Below are positions 56,001 through 64,000 of a DNA stretch of 64,000 nucleotides, in pieces. The notes beneath the pieces were generated by a model that saw only the letters and a program-made list of their open reading frames with translations, was not told where the DNA came from and did not search any database. The DNA is from the human T2T-CHM13v2.0 reference genome, Homo sapiens: NCBI RefSeq assembly GCF_009914755.1, contig NC_060939.1; one strand, 5' to 3'. Positions within the stretch are counted from its first letter, which is position 1. Every line of letters begins with the position of its first letter. The position numbers were made by a program, and so were the translations under genes.

Positions 56001-57879
56001 TTCTCTTCCGTTCCATTCGATTTCGTTCCAATCCATTCGATTCCATTCCATTCGATTCCATTCCATACTATTGCATTCCATTCGATTACATTATATTCGA
56101 ATAAGTTCCATTCAAGACCATTTCTTTTGAGTCCATTCTATTTGAGTCCATTCCCTTTGATTCCATAACATTTGAGTCCATTCAATTCCATTCCTTTCGT
56201 TTCCATTCCATTTGATGCCATTCCATTCAATTCTGTTCTACTAGACTCCAATACACTCAATTCCATTCCATCCGATTCCATTACATTCTTTTCATTTCTT
56301 ATCCATTTCAAGCCATTCCACTCCATTCCATTCCACTCGTTTCCTTTCCATTCGAGTCCATTCCTCTCCAGTCCATTCCGTTCAATCCATTCCATTCCAG
56401 TCCATTCCATTCGAGTCCGTTCCATTCCAGTCCATTCCATTCGAGTCAATTCCATCCCATTCGATGTCTTTCCATAACGATCCATTCCATTCTATTCCTT
56501 TCGATTCCATTCCATTCTATTTCATTCCATTCGATTCCCTTCCATTGGACTCCTTTCCATTCGAGTGCATTCCATTCCTTTCCATTTCTTTCCGTTCTGT
56601 ACGATTCCTACCGTTCGATTTCATTTTCTTCCAGTCCATTCCTTTCGCGTCCATTCCATTCCATTTCACTCCATTCGATTCCATTCCACTCGATTCCACT
56701 TCGTTCCATTTCATTGCATTCCATTCTATTCAACTCTATTGCCTTCCATTCCATTCCATTCGATTACATTCCATGCGATTCCATTCGAAATCGAATCAAT
56801 TACATTGCAATCCATTACTATTGAGTCCGTTTTATTCCAGTCCACTGCATTCTGGTCCATTCCATTTGATTCCATTCCATTCTATTCCATTCCATACAGT
56901 TGCATTCCATTGGATTCCATGCTATATCTATAAATTCAATTCGAGACCATTGCTTTTGAGTCCATTCTATATGATTCCATTCCATTCAAGTCCATTACAT
57001 TTGGTTCAATTCCATTCCATTCCATTCCCTTCCATTCCATTCCATTTGATATCAATCCATTCGATTCCATTCCATTCGAGCACATTCCATTCGAGTCCAT
57101 TCCATTCGATGCCATTCCATTTGATTCTATTCCATTAGTCTCCATTCAATTCCATTAATCTCCATTCCATTCCATTCTACTCCAACTGATTCCATTCCAT
57201 TCTATTCCTTTCCATTCCATTTCATTCCATTCCATTCCATTTCATTCCATTCCATTCCATTCGTGTCCATTCCACTCCAGTCCGTTCCATTCGTGTCCAT
57301 TCCATTCCAGTCCATTCCATTTGTGTCCACTGCATTCCATTCCACTCCATTCCATATTATTCCATTACACTCCATTCCATTCTATTACTTTCATTTCCAT
57401 TCAATTCCATTCCATTTGATTCCATTCCACTCGGTTTCATTCCATTTGAGTCCACTCCATTCCATTGCATTCCATTCAGTTCCATTCCATTCTGTTCCAT
57501 TCCATTCCGTTCCATTACATTCCATTCCATTCGGTACCATTCCATATTGTTCCATTCGATTCCATTCGAATCCATTCCATTCCAGTCCATTCCATTCGAT
57601 TCCATTCCATTCATTTCAATTCCATTCCATTCCATTCCATTACATTCCACTTGATTCCTCTCCATTCCCTTCCACTGCATTCCGTTCGATTCCATTCCAT
57701 TGCATTGCATTCCATTCCATTGGATTGCATTCCATTCGATTCCATTCCATTCGAATCAATTACATAGCAATCCATTACATTCGAGTCTATTCTCTTCCGT
57801 TCCATTCGATTTCGTTCCAATCCATTCGATTCCATTCCATTCGATTCCATTCCATACTATTGCATTCCATTCGATTACA

Positions 57880-60800
57880 TTATATTCGAATAAGTTCCAT
57901 TCAAGACCATTTCTTTTGAGTCCATTCTATTTGAGTCCATTCCCTTTGATTCCATAACATTTGAGTCCATTCAATTCCATTCCTTTCGTTTCCATTCCAT
58001 TTGATGCCATTCCATTCAATTCTGTTCTACTCGACTCCAATACATTCAATTCCATTCCATCCGATTCCATTACATTCTTTTCATTTCTTATCCATTTCAA
58101 GCCATTCCACTCCATTCCATTCCACTCGTTTCCTTTCCATTCGAGTCCATTCCTGTCCAGTCCATTCCGTTCAATCCATTCCATTCCAGTCCATTCCATT
58201 CGAGTCCGTTCCATTCCAGTCCATTCCATTCGAGTCAATTCCATCCCATTCGATGTCTTTCCATAACGATCCATTCCATTCTATTCCTTTCGATTCCATT
58301 CCATTCTATTTCATTCCATTCGATTCCCTTCCATTGGACTCCTTTCCATTCGAGTGCATTCCATTCCGTTCCATTTCTTTCCGTTCTGTACGATTCCTAC
58401 CGTTCAATTTCATTTTGTTCCAGTCCATTCCTTTCGCGTCCATTCCATTCCATTTCACTCCATTCGATTCCATTCCACTCGATTCCACTTCGTTCCATTT
58501 CATTGCATTCCATTCTATTCAACTCTATTGCCTTCCATTCCATTCCATTCGATTACATTCCATGCGATTCCATTCGAAATCGAATCAATTACATTGCAAT
58601 CCATTACTATTGAGTCCGTTTTATTCCAGTCCACTGCATTCTGGTCCATTCCATTTGATTCCGTTCCATTCTATTCCATTCCATACAGTTGCATTCCATT
58701 GGATTCCATGCTATATCTATAAATTCAATTCGAGACCATTGCTTTTGAGTCCATTCTATATGATTCCATTCCATTCAAGTCCATTACATTTGGTTCAATT
58801 CCATTCCATTCCATTCCGTTCCATTCCATTCCATTTGATATCAATCCATTCGATTCCATTCCATTCGAGCACATTCCATTCGAGTCCATTCCATTCGAAG
58901 CCATTCCATTTGATTCTATTCCATTAGTCTCCATTCAATTCCATTAATCTCCATTCCATTCCATTCTACTCCAACTGATTCCATTTCATTCTATTCCTTT
59001 CCATTCCATTTCATTCCATTCCATTCCATTCGTGTCCATTCCACTCCAATCCATTCCATTCGTGTCCATTCCTTTCCAGTCCATTCCATTTGTGTCCACT
59101 GCATTCCATTCCACTCCATTCCATATTATTCCATTACACTCCATTCCATTCTATTACTTTCATTTCCATTCAATTCCATTCCATTTGATTCCATTCCACT
59201 CGGTTTCATTCCATTTGAGTCCACTCCATTCCATTCCATTGCATTCCATTCAGTTCCATTCCATTCTGTTCCATTCCATTCCGTTCCATTACATTCCATT
59301 CCATTCGGTACCATTGCATATTGTTCCATTCGGTTCCATTCGAATCCATTCCATTCCAGTCCATTCCATTCGATTCCATTCCATTCATTTCAATTCCATT
59401 CCATTCCATTCCATTACATTCCACTTGATTCCTCTCCATTCCCTTCCACTGCATTCCGTTCGATTCCATTCCATTGCATTGCATTCCATTCCATTGGATT
59501 GCATTCCATTCGATTCCATTCCATTCGAATCAATTACATAGCAATCCATTACATTCGAGTCTATTCTATTCCGTTCCATTCGATTTCGTTCCAATCCATT
59601 CGATTCCATTCCATTCGATTCCATTCCATACTATTGCATTCCATTCGATTACATTATATTCGAATAAGTTCCATTCAAGACCATTTCTTTTGAGTCCATT
59701 CTATTTGAGTCCATTCCCTTTGATTCCATAACATTTGAGTCCATTCAATTCCATTCCTTTCGTTTCCATTCCATTTGATGCCATTCCATTCAATTCTGTT
59801 CTACTCGACTCCAATACATTCAATTCCATTCCATCCGATTCCATTACATTCTTTTCATTTCTTATCCATTTCAAGCCATTCCACTCCATTCCATTCCACT
59901 CGTTTCCTTTCCATTCGAGTCCATTCCTCTCCAGTCCATTCCGTTCAATCCATTCCATTCCAGTCCATTCCATTCGAGTCCGTTCCATTTCAGTCCATTC
60001 CATTCGAGTCAATTCCATCCCATTCGATGTCTTTCCATAACGATCCATTCCATTCTATTCCTTTCGATTCCATTCCATTCTATTTCATTCCATTCGATTC
60101 CCTTCCATTGGACTCCTTTCCATTCGAGTGCATTCCATTCTGTTCCATTTCTTTCCGTTCTGTACGATTCCTACCGTTCGATTTCATTTTGTTCCAGTCC
60201 ATTCCTTTCGCGTCCATTCCATTCCATTTCACTCCATTCGATTCCATTCCACTCGATTCCACTTCGTTCCATTTCATTGCATTCCATTCTATTCAACTCT
60301 ATTGCCTTCCATTCCATTCCATTCGATTACATTCCATGCGATTCCATTTGAAATCGAATCAATTACATTGCAATCCATTACTATTGAGTCCGTTTTATTC
60401 CAGTCCACTGCATTCTGGTCCATTCCATTTGATTCCATTCCATTCTATTCCATTCCATACAGTTGCATTCCATTGGATTCCATGCTATATCTATAAATTC
60501 AATTCGAGACCATTGCTTTTGAGTCCATTCTATATGATTCCATTCCATTCAAGTCCATTACATTTGGATCAATTCCATTCCATTCCATTCCCTTCCATTC
60601 CATTCCAGTTGATATCAATCCTTTCGATTCCATTCCATTCGAGCACATTCCATTCGAGTCCATTCCATTCGATGCCATTCCATTTGATTCTATTCCATTA
60701 GTCTCCATTCAATTCCATTAATCTCCATTCCATTCCATTCTACTCCAACTGATTCCATTCCATTCTATTCCTTTCCATTCCATTTCATTCCATTCCATTC

Positions 60801-63800
60801 CATTTCATTCCATTCCATTCCATTCGTGTCCATTCCACTCCAGTCCATTCCACTTGTGTCCATTCCATTCCAGTCCATTCCATTTCTGTCCATTCCATTT
60901 GTGTCCACTGCATTCCATTCCACTCCATTCCATATTATTCCATTACACTCCATTCCATTCTATTACTTTCATTTCCATTCAATTCCATTCCATTTGATTC
61001 CATTCCACTCGGTTTCATTCCATTTGAGTCCACTCCATTCCATTCCATTCCATTCCATTCCATTCAGTTCCATTCCATTCTGTTCCATTCCATTCCGTTC
61101 CATTACATTCCATTCCATTCGGTACCATTCCATATTGTTCCATTCGATTCCATTCGAATCCATTCCATTCCAGTCCATTCCATTCGATTCCATTCCATTC
61201 ATTTCAATTCCATTCCATTCCATTCCATTACATTCCACTTGATTCCTCTCCATTCCCTTCCACTGCATTCCGTTCGATTCCATTCCATTGCATTGCATTC
61301 CATTCCATTGGATTGCATTCCATTCGATTCCATTCCATTCGAATCAATTACATAGCAATCCATTACATTCGAGTCTATTCTATTCCGTTCCATTCGATTT
61401 CGTTCCAATCCATTCGATTCCATTCCATTCGATTCCATTCCATACTATTGCATTTCATTCGATTACATTATATTCGAATAAGTTCCATTCAAGACCATTT
61501 CTTTTGAGTCCATTCTATTTGAGTCCATTCCCTTTGATTCCATAACATTTGAGTCCATTCAATTCCATTCCTTTCGTTTCCATTCCATTTGATGCCATTC
61601 CATTCAATTCTGTTCTACTCGACTCCAATACATTCAATTCCATTCCATCCGATTCCATTACATTCTTTTCATTTCTTATCCATTTCAAGCCATTCCACTC
61701 CATTCCATTCCACTCGTTTCCTTTCCATTCGAGTCCATTCCTGTCCAGTCCATTCCGTTCAATCCATTCCATTCCAGTCCATTCCATTCGAGTCCGTTCC
61801 ATTCCAGTCCATTCCATTCGAGTCAATTCCATCCCATTCGATGTCTTTCCATAACGATCCATTCCATTCTATTCCTTTCGATTCCATTCCATTCTATTTC
61901 ATTCCATTCGATTCCCTTCCATTGGACTCCTTTCCATTCGAGTGCATTCCATTCCGTTCCATTTCTTTCCGTTCTGTACGATTCCTACCGTTCGATTTCA
62001 TTTTGTTCCAGTCCATTCCTTTCGCGTCCATTCCATTCCATTTCACTCCATTCGATTCCATTCCACTCGATTCCACTTCGTTCCATTTCATTGCATTCCA
62101 TTCTATTCAACTCTATTGCCTTCCATTCCATTCCATTCGATTACATTCCATGCGATTCCATTCGAAATCGAATCAATTACATTGCAATCCATTACTATTG
62201 AGTCCGTTTTATTCCAGTCCACTGCATTCTGGTCCATTCCATTTGATTCCGTTCCATTCTATTCCATTCCATACAGTTGCATTCCATTGGATTCCATGCT
62301 ATATCTATAAATTCAATTCGAGACCATTGCTTTTGAGTCCATTCTATATGATTCCATTCCATTCAAGTCCATTACATTTGGTTCAATTCCATTCCATTCC
62401 ATTCCGTTCCATTCCATTCCATTTGATATCAATCCATTCGATTCCATTCCATTCGAGCACATTCCATTCGAGTCCATTCCATTCGAAGCCATTCCATTTG
62501 ATTCTATTCCATTAGTCTCCATTCAATTCCATTAATCTCCATTCCATTCCATTCTACTCCAACTGATTCCATTTCATTCTATTCCTTTCCATTCCATTTC
62601 ATTCCATTCCATTCCATTCGTGTCCATTCCACTCCAATCCATTCCATTCGTGTCCATTCCTTTCCAGTCCATTCCATTTGTGTCCACTGCATTCCATTCC
62701 ACTCCATTCCATATTATTCCATTACACTCCATTCCATTCTATTACTTTCATTTCCATTCAATTCCATTCCATTTGATTCCATTCCACTCGGTTTCATTCC
62801 ATTTGAGTCCACTCCATTCCATTCCATTGCATTCCATTCAGTTCCATTCCATTCTGTTCCATTCCATTCCGTTCCATTACATTCCATTCCATTCGGTACC
62901 ATTGCATATTGTTCCATTCGGTTCCATTCGAATCCATTCCATTCCAGTCCATTCCATTCGATTCCATTCCATTCATTTCAATTCCATTCCATTCCATTCC
63001 ATTACATTCCACTTGATTCCTCTCCATTCCCTTCCACTGCATTCCGTTCGATTCCATTCCATTGCATTGCATTCCATTCCATTGGATTGCATTCCATTCG
63101 ATTCCATTCCATTCGAATCAATTACATAGCAATCCATTACATTCGAGTCTATTCTATTCCGTTCCATTCGATTTCGTTCCAATCCATTCGATTCCATTCC
63201 ATTCGATTCCATTCCATACTATTGCATTCCATTCGATTACATTATATTCGAATAAGTTCCATTCAAGACCATTTCTTTTGAGTCCATTCTATTTGAGTCC
63301 ATTCCCTTTGATTCCATAACATTTGAGTCCATTCAATTCCATTCCTTTCGTTTCCATTCCATTTGATGCCATTCCATTCAATTCTGTTCTACTCGACTCC
63401 AATACATTCAATTCCATTCCATCCGATTCCATTACATTCTTTTCATTTCTTATCCATTTCAAGCCATTCCACTCCATTCCATTCCACTCGTTTCCTTTCC
63501 ATTCGAGTCCATTCCTCTCCAGTCCATTCCGTTCAATCCATTCCATTCCAGTCCATTCCATTCGAGTCCGTTCCATTTCAGTCCATTCCATTCGAGTCAA
63601 TTCCATCCCATTCGATGTCTTTCCATAACGATCCATTCCATTCTATTCCTTTCGATTCCATTCCATTCTATTTCATTCCATTCGATTCCCTTCCATTGGA
63701 CTCCTTTCCATTCGAGTGCATTCCATTCTGTTCCATGTCTTTCCGTTCTGTACGATTCCTACCGTTCGATTTCATTTTGTTCCAGTCCATTCCTTTCGCG

Positions 63801-64000
63801 TCCATTCCATTCCATTTCACTCCATTCGATTCCATTCCACTCGATTCCACTTCGTTCCATTTCATTGCATTCCATTCTATTCAACTCTATTGCCTTCCAT
63901 TCCATTCCATTCGATTACATTCCATGCGATTCCATTTGAAATCGAATCAATTACATTGCAATCCATTACTATTGAGTCCGTTTTATTCCAGTCCACTGCA
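57880..64000. repeat. Direct tandem duplication of a 3,588-bp two-monomer block (second copy truncated by window end)
   Basis: Anchors 57961/61549 and 59735/63323. Private variants: CCTGTCC (58152/61740), CGAAGCC, ACTCCAATCC, GGTACCATTGCATA, CATTTGAAATCG, all at offset 3,588. Confidence 0.93.

Larger units (their letters stand above)
1..64000. repeat. Human satellite III (HSat3) array, diverged (CATTC)n/(GGAAT)n pentamer, single orientation, extends past both window ends
   Basis: CATTC/CCATT pentamers dominate every line, with typical variants CATTCGATTC, CATTCGAGTC, CCAGTCC. The + strand is very G-poor. The HSat2-type GATGAT/CATCAT motif is not seen. No unique-sequence interruption and no GGAAT-on-plus segment. 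Confidence 0.98.
1..64000. repeat. ~1.8 kb tandem repeat unit, ~35.6 copies; consistent with D15Z1/HSat3A5 (chr15 p-arm 1.8 kb KpnI satellite)
   Basis: The anchor CCATAACAT|TTGAGTCC (start of the recurring MSPFNSIPF ORF) occurs at 492, 2301, 4080, 5854, 7672, 9480, 11273, 13071, 14880, 16693, 18501, 20294, 22082, 23896, 25704, 27497, 29275, 31049, 32862, 34670, 36448, 38237, 40044, 41822, 43611, 45404, 47208, 48992, 50791, 52565, 54368, 56172, 57961, 59735, 61549, 63323 (spacing 1774-1818). One GGTACC (KpnI; e.g. 64, 1873, 14452, 18073) and one GATATC (e.g. 1388) per unit. The periodicity is certain; the D15Z1 identity is inferred from prior knowledge. Confidence 0.8.

Noticed and set aside
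492-63323. Monomer length (~1795 bp) as an exact multiple of a nucleosome repeat (~10 x 180 bp)
   Set aside because: This may be a numerical coincidence. I could not see a ~180-bp sequence sub-periodicity, and it cannot be supported without chromatin data.
142-63865. Hundreds of ORFs of 60-325 aa (IPFHS-rich on +, MEWNG-rich on -)
   Set aside because: These are direct translations of (CATTC)n/(GGAAT)n, which has no stop codon in any frame. They overlap in all frames, recur with the monomer, are freely frameshifted by indels and show no domain-like composition.
1-64000. CRISPR-like repeat/spacer array or prokaryotic defence system
   Set aside because: There are no unique spacers, no constant-length direct repeats separated by unrelated sequence and no cas-like or other genes.
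1-64000. HSat2, DYZ1 or chr9-type HSat3 identity
   Set aside because: HSat2-type GATGAT/CATCAT motifs are not seen. The basic period is ~1.8 kb of near-identical units rather than the ~3.6 kb of DYZ1, and the strong 1.8 kb KpnI periodicity fits D15Z1 better. This was not verified by alignment.
1-64000. Alu/L1 insertion, inversion breakpoint, telomeric repeat or alpha satellite/CENP-B box
   Set aside because: All 35 anchor spacings are within 1774-1818 bp, leaving no room for insertions. Strand polarity never flips, and there is no poly-A tail, TTAGGG run or 171-bp period.

Overview
The whole 64 kb window is one uninterrupted, single-orientation array of classical human satellite III (HSat3): diverged (CATTC)n on the + strand, (GGAAT)n on the - strand. 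It is organised as about 35.6 tandem copies of a ~1.8 kb unit (anchor spacings 1774-1818 bp, mean ~1795) with one KpnI site per unit. This matches the known description of the 1.8 kb KpnI satellite D15Z1 (HSat3A5) on chromosome 15p; the assignment comes from unit size and restriction pattern, not from a database search. I see no genes, RNA genes, transposon insertions, inversions or CRISPR arrays, and all listed ORFs are artefacts of translating a pentamer repeat. I found no new protein-coding or enzymatic system. The informative signal is the array's layered architecture: pentamer, 20/25-bp subrepeats, two ancient ~0.9 kb halves, the 1.8 kb monomer, and recent multi-monomer duplications at 2-, 3-, 4-, 5-, 7- and 14-unit offsets. 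There are also chimeric junction monomers and a change of variant domain near 44 kb.
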